Shown here: one piece after another, positions 10,456 to 21,659 of the stretch
Layout of the letters: each line of letters starts with the position of its first letter
How positions within the stretch are numbered: position 1 is the stretch's first letter
Assembly: GCA_000002445.1 (NCBI GenBank)
Contig: CM000207.1
Coordinates: forward strand, 1,984,001 to 2,048,000
Source: Trypanosoma brucei
Lineage: Eukaryota
DNA length: 64,000 bases
Reading direction: 5' to 3'
Notes under the pieces: generated by a model
Database searches by the model: none
The model's input: only the letters and a program-made list of their open reading frames with translations
What the model was told of the DNA's origin: nothing
Made by a program: the position numbers and the translations under genes

Positions 10456-12849
10456 AATAGAGAAAAAAATGGGCAATAGATTTGTTAATGAGAGCATATA
10501 TATACATATGTATATATACGCTACATTTTATATATGTGACGCGAGGAAGAAGAAAAAAAATGATTAATCAAAGAATGTGTAATCGGTTAGTATCCACTTA
10601 CAAGAATTTATGTTTATATTCCTCTGTATGTGCATGTTTGGTGATTCGTAACCAAACCGTCTTTTGCGTGGTCTTACCATCCGATTCCCCTTATCTTGCT
10701 TAAACGTGATTATGTTTGTTGCAGCCCAAAGTGCTTGACGTGCACTTCGCTCCTGTCATCAGTTTGTGCGCGGCCAAAAATTTTTTTATTGTGTTCCTTC
10801 GCCCTCGTAAAGAAAAGGGCTGTGAGCGAGGAAGAGAAAGAGGAAGGTGTCACGAGCACGCTAACATTCTTTACAAAAATCATCCCTTTACATACAGGCT
10901 GCGCGCAATAAGGCAAGCATGTGTGCTTTATGACTGTGTGTTACATAGTACAAAAATTTCAGTTGTCGCGGCGCGAAGTAAGCAAGGAGAAATAATAAGT
11001 GGGTTAGAAGGTATGGGGGAAAAACAAACAAACATACTACAAATATATATCTGTATCTATATATAAATATACATGCTTCTATATTTATAATAACGAGGCA
11101 AAGTTGGTAACGACAACGGCAAAAGGGAGTGCAAATAAAGTGATGTCGCAACGACAAGGGGTAAAAAAGGGAATTCAAGCGGAGGAAGCGTTTCGACTTG
11201 GTATACCTTTTTTAAAAGTGAATGTTTAATAAAGGGGTGATCGATACAAAAACGGCAAAAATGAAACAACGAAACGAAAAGAAGCACATATGTGGCTGCG
11301 TGGGATACCCTAAAGTTAAATTTCTCGCTCACTCTTTTGTCTTTCTTCCTCTTTTTTTTTCGACTTCCTTCATTCTTTCATAAATAAACAGACTGAGACA
11401 GATTGTGAGAAGGTAAAAGGAACTAATCGAGAAAGGATAAAAGGAATATAACAGTAAAGAAAATTAGAGTATGTATCGTGCCCATTTCTTCGCGTCGGTT
11501 CTGCTACTGACGATGTGGATTTGTTCCCTTTGATGATCCTCTTATTTATAATCATCATTGCTTTTGTTGCTTTTATTATTTTAACTTTACTTTTCATCCT
11601 TCCTTCTGTTTTGGCATTTTACTCGCATTTTTTTCTTTATTTCGTTGTTATTTGTGAACCTTCTCAGACATCGAATGCATCTTACTACTGTTATTATAAT
11701 TGGAGAGAAAGATCAGAATCCACAAATCATTCCTCTTGATGTCTGTTTTGTTTTTTTTTTTTGGTTTGGTTCTTATGATTTTATTTGGGCCTTATTGTTT
11801 ATTGACGCTGGCTTCTTTCTCCTTTCTGCTGGACCATTCAGTACCATGGGTGTCCGTTAACTCCCCCTTTCGTAGCGTTATTCAGTCCCTTTCTAATATC
11901 AAAATTTATACTGTCATCACTATTTATATTTGGTATGTGAAACAAAATCCAAATGGCAACGATTAGGTTGGGACGCACACTGAGATGAGGCTGGCGCTGC
12001 GTCGAATAGAAACAATCACTTATTTGTTGATACCTATTCATTTGGTTGCTACTGTACGCTACAATACGGGGTTTATATTAGGATTTACTTATATATATAT
12101 GTGTGTGTATATGTATGTATTCCTCACGAATGAGTGTATGAATATGCAAGAATGCGTATTCATATGTAGCTGAAAGTGTATACCGCATATTGTGTGTTTT
12201 TACCTGTGTGTTTGCATGTGTTACATGTACTGCGTTTGATGTGACAATATATCTTTTCTGATGGCTTTGTTGTGAATTGAGTCTCTGCACCAGTTTCGTG
12301 TGGGTTGTGTTAATTTTCCTCTTCATTATTCTTCCCATCTTTTCCTTAGTATTCTTCGAAGTACACAGCAGTTAGCTTAACCACTGATCCCTTGGTTATT
12401 CACAGCATTTGTATTTGTTGGCGGTGGAACTTATCACCAAAACGGGCTTTCTTTCGTACGATCTCCGGGCAAAACTTTGCATATATTTTAAAATATATTG
12501 GTTGTGTTGTAAGCACGAGGGCCATACGAGCGCGTCTGACTGAGGGGGGGGAAAACAAGACTCGTCAAACCTCACTGAATTACCCTTGTGTGTTATTACT
12601 GTTTTCCGGGAACTTTAAGTGTCGTAGTGTATAAAAAGATTTTCTGCCTCGGAAAAGGAATTTGGGGAACGAGATTCAGTGTTTAGCCGAAAATTACAGA
12701 AAAGAGTAACTTTTTTGGTATATACATATATTATACGGCCGCCAAATTTGTCGTTTTCTGTTAAAGTTAAGAAAAACAAAAGAAGGAGCTGCAAAGCTTC
12801 GGGAAGTGGTAGAGAACGATTAGAAGAAAATAGTGAAATAACAACGTGA

Positions 12850-14118
12850 ATGTCCGTCGTTGAAATGGAGAAGGATTCTCAACCAGAACAACCAATGAGG
12901 TCGAAGAACTTCCTTCACCGCGTTGGCACAACGATTTTATTCGTTGGAACATCCTTTGCTCTTAGCGTGTGCACCCCAAGATTTCTTCCATCAGCGGTGA
13001 AAGATTTCGCTCCAACCATCATGTGGGGGTTCACGTGTTTTTGTGTCCGGAGAGCCTTCAAAATGATGATGACGCTCGTGCTGATTACGCATCTGCTGGC
13101 ATCCGGAGCCTCACTATGGTCTTGTGGGTTCTCCAACCGTGTTGCGAATCGTGCCCTAATATTTCCCTCCTTTGCTTCGCTTGCAGCACTTCTCGCCACT
13201 TGGCGGTTACCGACGATGCCTCTTGAACGTGCGATTGGAGTGAGTCTGGTGCAGACATGGTCCATTTCTTGTGGTCTGATTCTCTTTGCCGTATTTCCTG
13301 CAACTCTCATATCCGGCAGCAACTGGAATCAGGCCAAACGCGATGCGCGCTTTGATCAGGTTATTGAACGTGCAACAGATCAGCGGGTGGAGAGGTTTAC
13401 CGTCCAATCTACGGGTGGTGTTCAGTTGGATGCCGTAGCGGTGATGCCGGAGGACCCAACAGAGCACTGGGTTGCATACTTTGGCGGGAATGCGGAAATA
13501 ATGGAAAACAGCACGGAGGATATGGCTTTTTCTAATCACCTTGTGCATGCTAATTGGTTGTTTCACAACCCGCGCGGCGTAGGAAGAAGCAGTGGATATG
13601 TATGTTGGGCTAACGACTTGGTGGACGATGCCGAGGCTGTTGTGTGGGAAGCGGTTCGACGTTACAATATTAACCCCAAAAATCTTATTTTGTGGGGACA
13701 CAGTATTGGTGGCGGGGTTGCAGCTGCACTAGCAGGGCGCTATAGCGATTTCCCCTTCCCAGTGTTGTTGGATAGGACATTCTCGCGCCTTAGCGATGCT
13801 GCCGTGTCCTTCTCACCGTTTCCTGCCACTGTGACAAGGGGTGCTATTAAGGTAACAACAGGTGACCTTAATGTTGTTAAGAGCTGCCGCAGTTTGAAGG
13901 GTCGTAATGTGTTGGTTATATTCCACCGCTCGGATGAAATAATTCGGTTCAATATTTCCTCAATCGCACGTCCCACTGCGGTAAAGAAGTCGGGTTTAAA
14001 TAAAAGTTCGTTTTTGGAGCTCCAGAGCACGTTCGTCCCCTCTCCTCACAACACTCCACTGGATTATTTTCCTGAGGTGACGCAGATACAAAGGCGTATC
14101 ATTCAACTTTATGAATAA
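12850..14118 (+). CDS. membrane-associated alpha/beta-hydrolase (serine esterase/lipase-like)
   Basis: N-terminal hydrophobic segments. HNPRGVGRSSG lies upstream of the nucleophile elbow GHSIGGG (GxSxG). Confidence 0.8.
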   Translation: MSVVEMEKDSQPEQPMRSKNFLHRVGTTILFVGTSFALSVCTPRFLPSAVKDFAPTIMWGFTCFCVRRAFKMMMTLVLITHLLASGASLWSCGFSNRVANRALIFPSFASLAALLATWRLPTMPLERAIGVSLVQTWSISCGLILFAVFPATLISGSNWNQAKRDARFDQVIERATDQRVERFTVQSTGGVQLDAVAVMPEDPTEHWVAYFGGNAEIMENSTEDMAFSNHLVHANWLFHNPRGVGRSSGYVCWANDLVDDAEAVVWEAVRRYNINPKNLILWGHSIGGGVAAALAGRYSDFPFPVLLDRTFSRLSDAAVSFSPFPATVTRGAIKVTTGDLNVVKSCRSLKGRNVLVIFHRSDEIIRFNISSIARPTAVKKSGLNKSSFLELQSTFVPSPHNTPLDYFPEVTQIQRRIIQLYE

Positions 14119-14910
14119 TCGCGAAATACTTTAACAAAATACAAAAAGGAAAAAATCGACACACACACACACATGCACTTCGTACATCTGGCGTTGTTGT
14201 TGCTTTGTGAGACCTCGTGCGCATCGCACCCTTCCCCCTTTTTTTGTTCTTCACCATCTACTTTTTATTGTGAAGAAATTCGCATGAGCATCCTTCCTTC
14301 TTCTCCCTTCTCGCCTACCCTTGTTTCATCCCAATTCAAGAGACTCGAGGAGTTTTTGACGGCGTGATGTAAAAACATGTGAACTCTGTGATTTTTTTTT
14401 AATATATGCGTTTGTGGTAACCTGTTCTTATCCCAATTCATCACCGGTTGCTATTGTTGTGGTGGGTAGTAATAGTGAAATTGCAATGAAACAGCGCCAC
14501 AGGCACGTTCAAGAGCGTAACAAAGCTGTGTGCACATGGTTTTATACGCACGCATACGTTTTAATTTGATCAACTTTCTACTATATTTGCTACCTACGTC
14601 ATGTTGTTGACCTTTTCTCGCAATAGACTTCTGCCTTGTTAGGCTGCCGATCAGTTTACTTATTTATTTTTTTAACTGCATTCTTTTACCCCAATACTCC
14701 TTTCACCTAGAACACGCGTTTTAACGTGAGTGTTGCTACCCAAAGAGTGAGGGAAAACAATAAGAAAGGGAATAGAACAAAAGGGAGCCGCCATTAACAT
14801 AGCGAGAATAGTGACAGCTACACCTGCATTGGTGAACACGAGACCTGTAAATATCACGAGGAATAAACGGCTGAGTAGCGTTTATTTCATAGGAAGGGGA
14901 GATAGCTGCA

Positions 14911-17900
14911 ATGAAACTCTTCACACCAGAGGAGACCAAACGGGATGAGTCGCGACAGCGAGACCACGCGTCACCCGCGGAGGGTTCCGGGTCTAATGTA
15001 ACTGTCGTTTCTGGTGTTTGCTCCGCTGAAAGAAGTGTCATACGCGATGCGGAACAGGCCTTTAAGGATGTGGTGACAACCTCACTTGAGGAAATATTAC
15101 GATTGCGACCACGTGAACCTATGCGGCTCCTGGTAGACAATTTGCTGAAAAGTAGTTCAACCCATGAAATAGAACGTCACGAGATTTCTGTGGGAGACGG
15201 TACGAACTGTGTTCTCTCAAAGGCATGCACACGGAAGAATGGAGCGGACTCGCTATGTGTCGGTGGCCTTCCACTCCTGCGACTTATAGCACCGAACAGT
15301 TTTGAGGTAGACGCGGCGGTTCGTTGCCTTAGCGAAACAATCGACCCCGATGCGAAATTGATTGTTTTCATCGAACAGCCGAATCCATCTGTCGATTTGT
15401 TTTTTGTGGGAGGTATACCATACTTCGCTAATTTGACGGAGCAATTAATGGCACGGCGTCGTGACGGTAATCCTGACACAGTTCTTGATAGCGCCGTTGG
15501 CACTGATAAAATAATAGCTCATATTGGAGAGGCACTGAGGTTAGGCACTAAAACAATAAAGGAAACTATCGGTTCACTTGCTGCATCAATGCAGCGGTGT
15601 TCATTTATTGAGCTTCCCAGGCTGCAGCGTAACTTCTTCGAGATGTTTCATGTCGTGGACGCTGCTCTACACTCTCGCAAGCACGACCACCTATTTCCTC
15701 ACTCGGTTACATCTGTTCCGGGCGTTCTTCTGGTTTCATATAACCCATCTACGGCTCCCATGACCTTCACAAGGGTTATCGCAACTGTTTTGCCGTTGTA
15801 CGAAGAAGTGCAGCGCCTTAAGGTGGCGGAAACTCTTCTTGCAAATAAAACCCGCATACAAAAGTTAGACTTTCACTACGTCACGGAATATTGGAGGGGA
15901 GTGCTTCAGAGACGTGATTCACGGGACAAAACGCGGGGAGAATCGGTCACAGTAAGCCAGCGTGCTCCAAAGAAAGCATCCGGGCGTAACCCCAAGGGGA
16001 ATCCACCAAAACCGAAAACATTGCCAGTGGAGCAACTTCTAAGGGTGCAGAGGCGTGAGAGCGAGGACGCGGCGTTTCTTCGTGTTGTTCAACACCTTCA
16101 GTCGAATGCTGTGGTGCGTATTCAGGCGCTGTATCGCGGGCACCGATGGAGGAAACGGCTTGGATCGGCATTGAGTGACAAGTTACGGACCCGTGCCCAA
16201 ACATCTAGTGAGGCACAGTGGGTGGAGGATCTTCCCCTGTCAACACCACCTCTCTTGCGACAGTGCGTTGAAAAGGTCAGTGCGGCACACGGTGAGTTGT
16301 TTGGCAATTATGTGATATCATGCCCGCCCATGCCACGCATCGTAAAAATTTTGAAACCTACATCACGTGCGATCAAGGTACGTAAAGAAGACGGCACTGA
16401 AGATGTTGACAGCGAAGAGGAAACGTGGGAGGAGGAGCATATTGTTGTGCCAGTGAATCGTCAAACGAAACCGCCACCTCACTTTAACTTGCTACGTCGC
16501 CTTATGGAGTGCGAATATGCTGGTAGGTGCAACACCGTGAAGTACGCTGCTAATATCCAACAAGATTGCGCCGGTCTTTCAACGCTTCAACGACGTGCAT
16601 ATGATTGTTACAAGTCGCTGGTGCTAAATCTCCTACATATTGCATACTTGGAATTGTATCGCAGGGGGAGGATACCTTTAACCGTAAGGAATTTTGAAGA
16701 ATATGTTAACCGCTGGCACTCGGAAATATTTAGCTGGTTCTCAGCGCCGCACATTTTTTCGCGTATCGCCCTCCGAAAGGCGATGAAACCACCATACCCT
16801 GTTCCGGTAATATGCACGAAGGAGACTTTGGAGAAGGAGCGCGTACTCATTGTACGGGCATACGGTAGGGGTGGGATCTACCATGGTCCTAGTTCGGAGA
16901 AGGGTGCCGTGAAGGAGTGTAAGGAGAGCCTAACCGAGGAAGAAAGAGATGAGGAACAGGAAGAATTCTTGCAAACACTACCACCCCTCCCGCCTTTAGA
17001 TTCCGGTGTGGACAACGAACATTACATTTCCGGAGTATACGCAGCACCGGTCCTTCTCTCTCAAAGATGGTGGGAAGCAACTTTGAAAAGACTAACCTCA
17101 AGCAACCGTGAAGCGAAAGTGGCTTGGTGGACCCTTTATGATAATCCGGCAGTGTATATCAACGGTCAACCAGTCTCTTTGGTCCCTCGTCATGAGTTGC
17201 AGGAAGTTGAAGGTCGTCCATCCTTTGACGAACTAGTGCCGTGCATAGAAGTAGCACGAAAAGCTCCATGTAACTCAACATCATCAAAGGAATGTTCGAA
17301 CTGTGATCCAATATCCCCGGCGCGCTGCCGTCGATTTACCCTAAGTTGTGCGGGTGGCGAAACAGTGTCCCCGGAACCAACTAGCGATCATCGGGTTGAA
17401 GAAGGTAAGACGACACCTGGTGCGAGTGGTGCAGTAGATGCAGCTACCGATACCGATGGTGAAAGCTCTGTCTCTACCTTTGGTGTTTCGCTAGAGAGCG
17501 AGGACTCTCACCTCGTACACGAGTTGCAGCAAAATTTTCTTGACGATCAGACGGAGACATACCCTCAGTATTGTACGGTAGGTCCTCTCTGTCAGTACAG
17601 TATTCCTGCCCCTGTACATGGTCTACAACCACTTATTATCGCACCGCCAATGCCCAGTGTGCATTGCAGCGAACACGGCTACCAGTGTAGAGAAGATCGC
17701 AACACCTCTTCCACAGGTATCGACTCCGCGTGCTACTTTCCGAGTGACCATGCCGTCTCCCATGGAAGTGAGACGGCGTTTAATCATCAGAACTCCGTAA
17801 CACTGGAATGGGACGACTTTTCGGTCGCATCGCAAAGAAAACCTTCGGTTGGGCAACCGTCTCGAACAACCGCCAAAAAGAGTTCCGCTTTTGGGGAAGG

Positions 17901-18756
17901 CGCCAATGTACACAACGTCGCGACCGTTAGTGCCATGGCGACACATGTGGGTCAGCGAATTATGCACGAAGGACGGTTTTTACACGAAAGACCTTGGCTC
18001 ACGCCAGTTTGTATTCGGTCGCGAGGTCCATCCTTCTCTGATTTTATGATCAAGTGTCTTCACCAGATGCGTGACGGTTACAAGATCGTTGTTGCAGTGG
18101 ATGAACCGTATCAGATCATGTTGTTCAACGCCGTATGTCTGTTGAAGATGGCGGCGAAGGAAGAGGAAGATTTAGAGAGAACCCTGGCCCCAGATACGCC
18201 ACTTCAAGAAGAATCAGTGGTCCCTACATTAGCGCCACATGAGCTCCTTTCAAGCGAAACGGCGGAGTGCCTTTCCCTCTTACAACCCTTCTATGATGAA
18301 CTGAGTAAGAGCGTTGACAACACTGTTGTTTCTGTTGAAGGGTGCGCCATTATGGTGCAGAAAGTAATGAAGCGGATGTCTCCAGGAGGACTCTTGTTTC
18401 TTGATCAAATTCCCATGCTTATGGAGCAAGCAGAAAGGGAAAAAAACCAGCGTTTGCTCGGTGAATCCATACTTGCAGTTGTGCAGCGGATAGAGTTGTT
18501 TTGCTGGTTGGTAATCTTCGAAGCGTTTCTCGCATCAGCGATTAGAAGTCAATCAAACGGCATGAAAATTGATGAGATTTTGCCAAAGTTTCACACGTAT
18601 GTTAACGCTTCCAATGTTGTGCATTGGATTGACTACATCGACCCTTGGAAGGATGTGCCTCACCGATCGCCAGATCCGTTTCATTTGCGGTACAGCAATG
18701 GGCTGCGGCGATGGGACAATCCAAGTTTCATTTTTAGAGGCGCGACTGTGTTGTAG
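14911..18756 (+). CDS. large hypothetical protein with an N-terminal Dpy-30/RIIa-like motif and an IQ motif
   Basis: 1281-codon ATG ORF. LEEILRLRPREPMRLLVDNLLKSS resembles the Dpy-30 dimerisation motif (..RP.DPI.FLA.YLLK). VVRIQALYRGHRWRKRL fits IQxxxRGxxxR. Confidence 0.85.
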   Translation: MKLFTPEETKRDESRQRDHASPAEGSGSNVTVVSGVCSAERSVIRDAEQAFKDVVTTSLEEILRLRPREPMRLLVDNLLKSSSTHEIERHEISVGDGTNCVLSKACTRKNGADSLCVGGLPLLRLIAPNSFEVDAAVRCLSETIDPDAKLIVFIEQPNPSVDLFFVGGIPYFANLTEQLMARRRDGNPDTVLDSAVGTDKIIAHIGEALRLGTKTIKETIGSLAASMQRCSFIELPRLQRNFFEMFHVVDAALHSRKHDHLFPHSVTSVPGVLLVSYNPSTAPMTFTRVIATVLPLYEEVQRLKVAETLLANKTRIQKLDFHYVTEYWRGVLQRRDSRDKTRGESVTVSQRAPKKASGRNPKGNPPKPKTLPVEQLLRVQRRESEDAAFLRVVQHLQSNAVVRIQALYRGHRWRKRLGSALSDKLRTRAQTSSEAQWVEDLPLSTPPLLRQCVEKVSAAHGELFGNYVISCPPMPRIVKILKPTSRAIKVRKEDGTEDVDSEEETWEEEHIVVPVNRQTKPPPHFNLLRRLMECEYAGRCNTVKYAANIQQDCAGLSTLQRRAYDCYKSLVLNLLHIAYLELYRRGRIPLTVRNFEEYVNRWHSEIFSWFSAPHIFSRIALRKAMKPPYPVPVICTKETLEKERVLIVRAYGRGGIYHGPSSEKGAVKECKESLTEEERDEEQEEFLQTLPPLPPLDSGVDNEHYISGVYAAPVLLSQRWWEATLKRLTSSNREAKVAWWTLYDNPAVYINGQPVSLVPRHELQEVEGRPSFDELVPCIEVARKAPCNSTSSKECSNCDPISPARCRRFTLSCAGGETVSPEPTSDHRVEEGKTTPGASGAVDAATDTDGESSVSTFGVSLESEDSHLVHELQQNFLDDQTETYPQYCTVGPLCQYSIPAPVHGLQPLIIAPPMPSVHCSEHGYQCREDRNTSSTGIDSACYFPSDHAVSHGSETAFNHQNSVTLEWDDFSVASQRKPSVGQPSRTTAKKSSAFGEGANVHNVATVSAMATHVGQRIMHEGRFLHERPWLTPVCIRSRGPSFSDFMIKCLHQMRDGYKIVVAVDEPYQIMLFNAVCLLKMAAKEEEDLERTLAPDTPLQEESVVPTLAPHELLSSETAECLSLLQPFYDELSKSVDNTVVSVEGCAIMVQKVMKRMSPGGLLFLDQIPMLMEQAEREKNQRLLGESILAVVQRIELFCWLVIFEAFLASAIRSQSNGMKIDEILPKFHTYVNASNVVHWIDYIDPWKDVPHRSPDPFHLRYSNGLRRWDNPSFIFRGATVL

Positions 18757-19413
18757 GTGTTCATAGCCCCTTTATTATCTCAGCCTTCCAATAGGGTGGC
18801 TGTAGAACTGAGGTACGTAGGGAGCGGCACTGAGAGGTAAAGGATAATGTCAAGATGATAAACATTAAGGTGTTTCTTGTTGTGTTCCTGGGACACCTTT
18901 TGTGCTCTGGTGTAGCCTGATGTGTGGTTCATTTGTTGTTCCGCTATCACATCACCTCCACCATCGTCTCGCGTTTGTTTTTCCGCTTTTCGTACTGGAT
19001 GTGTCTACATTAGATTTGATTTTTATGTATGTGTGTGTTATTATTATTGTTATTTTTAATCAAATAAAAAAAACAGTTTGCATGCTGCTGGCCATCAAAG
19101 GAAGAAAATACATTAAATTTGTATACTTGTGGTGGCAGGAGGTGGGCACGATGGCGTTCTGGTGCACATCAAATGTAAGAAGATAGGACATTTCCTCTGT
19201 CGTCTTCTTTCGTTCCATTCAAAGGTCGGCAGTTTGTTGTCTATGTCCTTTGCAAATTCTGTGCTGTTACCATCAAGCGAGTGTGTCGGTACCCCTCCAT
19301 GTTTCTATTAACGGCCCTTCATTTCCCCCCCCCTTTTTTAACACTTCTCTGCGCAAGGCTTCCATCCCCTTTTTGCCGCCCCCACGGGGTGCAAGCTACT
19401 TTGTGTGCTGTTC

Positions 19414-21318
19414 ATGTGGTGGAGTGTTCGCCTTTTCCAACGCGGGACGGCAGCCGGCCCAACCGCAATGACCGCCGCCTCACCGCTCACTGAATCATGC
19501 GCCACGCAGCAGGTAACAACCAAGAATGTTCGTCGTCCAAGCAAGTTACAACGTCAAATGTTTATGGATCGCATGAAGAAGCGGCACCGTGCAAGGGTGA
19601 AAATGATCGCTGCACAAGAGCAATCACATTTGGCTACGGTACGCTCCTCGAATTTGAACGGGCGCGACGTCATTATGGCTCAGCTTGCGGATGAAATATT
19701 TAGCAGGGGACATAAACACGTCTGCTGTGCCACAAACATCTCTTTTGTACCAGATGGTAACCCCGCAATGCCAGAGGTTGCACTCGCAGGACGGGGGCAG
19801 TGTGGAAAAAGTTCACTGTTGAGGTCTCTGTTTCGCTCGTCTAGAGAAGTAGGACGCTCGAACGTGAAGTTGCGTCGTGATGCGATGAACTTTTTTAATG
19901 TGGGTGGAGGTGTCTTCAATATTGTGGATCTTCCGGGATTCGGCGGCACTTCGGTGCCATGGTCCACGCTCCTTCAACATGCTGTTCTACTACGGAACTT
20001 TGTGCGGTGCCGACCGAACCTCAAGATGTTGTATTATTGCATGGATGTGCACTACAGGCACGGAGTTTATATTCAAGACCTCGATCTGCTGCGTTTCCTT
20101 TCCAAGGAAGTACCAAATTTCACGATTGTCGTAACAAAAGGTGACCAGTTAGACACTACAAAGTCGCGAAATGTGTTTAGGTTGGAGGATATACGAAAAG
20201 AGCTGTTATTCCATGACATAACGCATCCAGTACTTGTTACAAGTGCCTATCATATGGGAGGTGTTGATGCACTTCGCTTTGACATGGTGATGAACTGCCT
20301 TCACGCACTTCCCACGGAACGCCTAACAATAACTGAAGCGAAGCGACTGTCGGAGCGGCTCCTAACACAGCGCGAAATTGGGACCGTACGACATTTGCCG
20401 TTGGCACCCACACAACTGCAGGATGAATTAAGGAACTGGAGCGAAGAAGTGGAAAAAGAACGGGCAATAGAGCCAGTTACACCGGGAAGTATGGAGCAGA
20501 AGCATGAGGGTGAATCCGCACATGGTTTAAGCGAGCGTGACACAAACACCAGTGGTTGTTCAAGAGGCAAATGCACTTCAAAGGCAGTAGCGGTTGAGGT
20601 GGGTAGCTCTGTTACTCCCGCTGATATCTCCCTTGCGCTAGATCAGGCAGAAGCGTTTACCTCTCTCAAGAAAAAGGTAACCAACGAAGGGTTGATGAAA
20701 TACGTTAGACAAACAAGTCCGTGGCGCAATCCACTCTTGTGGCCAGAAAATGTTGTGCCAACAAAACATCCGAAGGCCAATATCATGCGATGTCCGGAGG
20801 ACCCACACAACCCTTATCTTACTCAGGCGCATTTTGTGTGCCCACGCGCCGACATGTACTTCCGTCGACCAAACGTTGGTACCCGCAAGGGTGTGGAAAA
20901 GGGTCGCTACGAGGCAGATCGGCCACTGGCCTTCCTCCTTAAACCTTATACCATTCCGTATTTCCCTGATGTTGTCGACGTGAAAATGCATCCACTACCG
21001 TGGACATTTCTCGGAAGTCGTGAGGCATACTATGAATCAACTGGTGGGCGTCAACTCGGGGTGCGCATGGCACAGTACGTTACTAACGGTGAGATACGCG
21101 CACTTAACGACAACCCTGCACCCACACAACCTGATCTTACGAAGGAGCTTCAGAAGTTGGAGCGTAAGAGGTATGGTTCATCCATCGCGATGCTACGACC
21201 ACCGGGAAAGCAGGTGAAGGGTCTAACCACCGGTATGCCGTCAGTGCTTATTCACGGTAGCGAATGTGTTGATCAAGTAACCGCAGCGCCTCCACAACCC
21301 TTAGGCGCAGGAAAGTAA
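19414..21318 (+). CDS. EngB/YihA-like GTP-binding protein with a long C-terminal extension
   Basis: The track start at 19405 is GTG; the first ATG is at 19414. G1 is GRGQCGKSS, G3 is DLPGFG and G4 is TKGD. The N-terminus MWWSVRLFQRG is presequence-like. Confidence 0.8.
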   Translation: MWWSVRLFQRGTAAGPTAMTAASPLTESCATQQVTTKNVRRPSKLQRQMFMDRMKKRHRARVKMIAAQEQSHLATVRSSNLNGRDVIMAQLADEIFSRGHKHVCCATNISFVPDGNPAMPEVALAGRGQCGKSSLLRSLFRSSREVGRSNVKLRRDAMNFFNVGGGVFNIVDLPGFGGTSVPWSTLLQHAVLLRNFVRCRPNLKMLYYCMDVHYRHGVYIQDLDLLRFLSKEVPNFTIVVTKGDQLDTTKSRNVFRLEDIRKELLFHDITHPVLVTSAYHMGGVDALRFDMVMNCLHALPTERLTITEAKRLSERLLTQREIGTVRHLPLAPTQLQDELRNWSEEVEKERAIEPVTPGSMEQKHEGESAHGLSERDTNTSGCSRGKCTSKAVAVEVGSSVTPADISLALDQAEAFTSLKKKVTNEGLMKYVRQTSPWRNPLLWPENVVPTKHPKANIMRCPEDPHNPYLTQAHFVCPRADMYFRRPNVGTRKGVEKGRYEADRPLAFLLKPYTIPYFPDVVDVKMHPLPWTFLGSREAYYESTGGRQLGVRMAQYVTNGEIRALNDNPAPTQPDLTKELQKLERKRYGSSIAMLRPPGKQVKGLTTGMPSVLIHGSECVDQVTAAPPQPLGAGK

Positions 21319-21659
21319 CGACATGTTCACGGAGGCCTGTTTCTTCACAAATATGTTTCTGAATGACGCAGTGGAGGAGATCTACATGAGTGGTATATAC
21401 TTTCTGTCATTAACGTCACCCATGCGAGCGAACGCAAAAAAAGTGTGAGGGTTGCTGCTGAAGTTGCGGCACGTAGGGATGCAAGGTTTAAGTCCCGCTT
21501 CAGTCGAGCCGGGTTTATGAACTGTTACTACTTTAGTTTGGTGTACACGCACCTGTGGGTTGCACAGATGTAACCATTCTCAGATTCTCCATACTTTGAT
21601 CCCTCTCGATTGTCCTTGTGTACATGTACAAAAACTAATGCAGGTAGCTTAGTGTTTAA

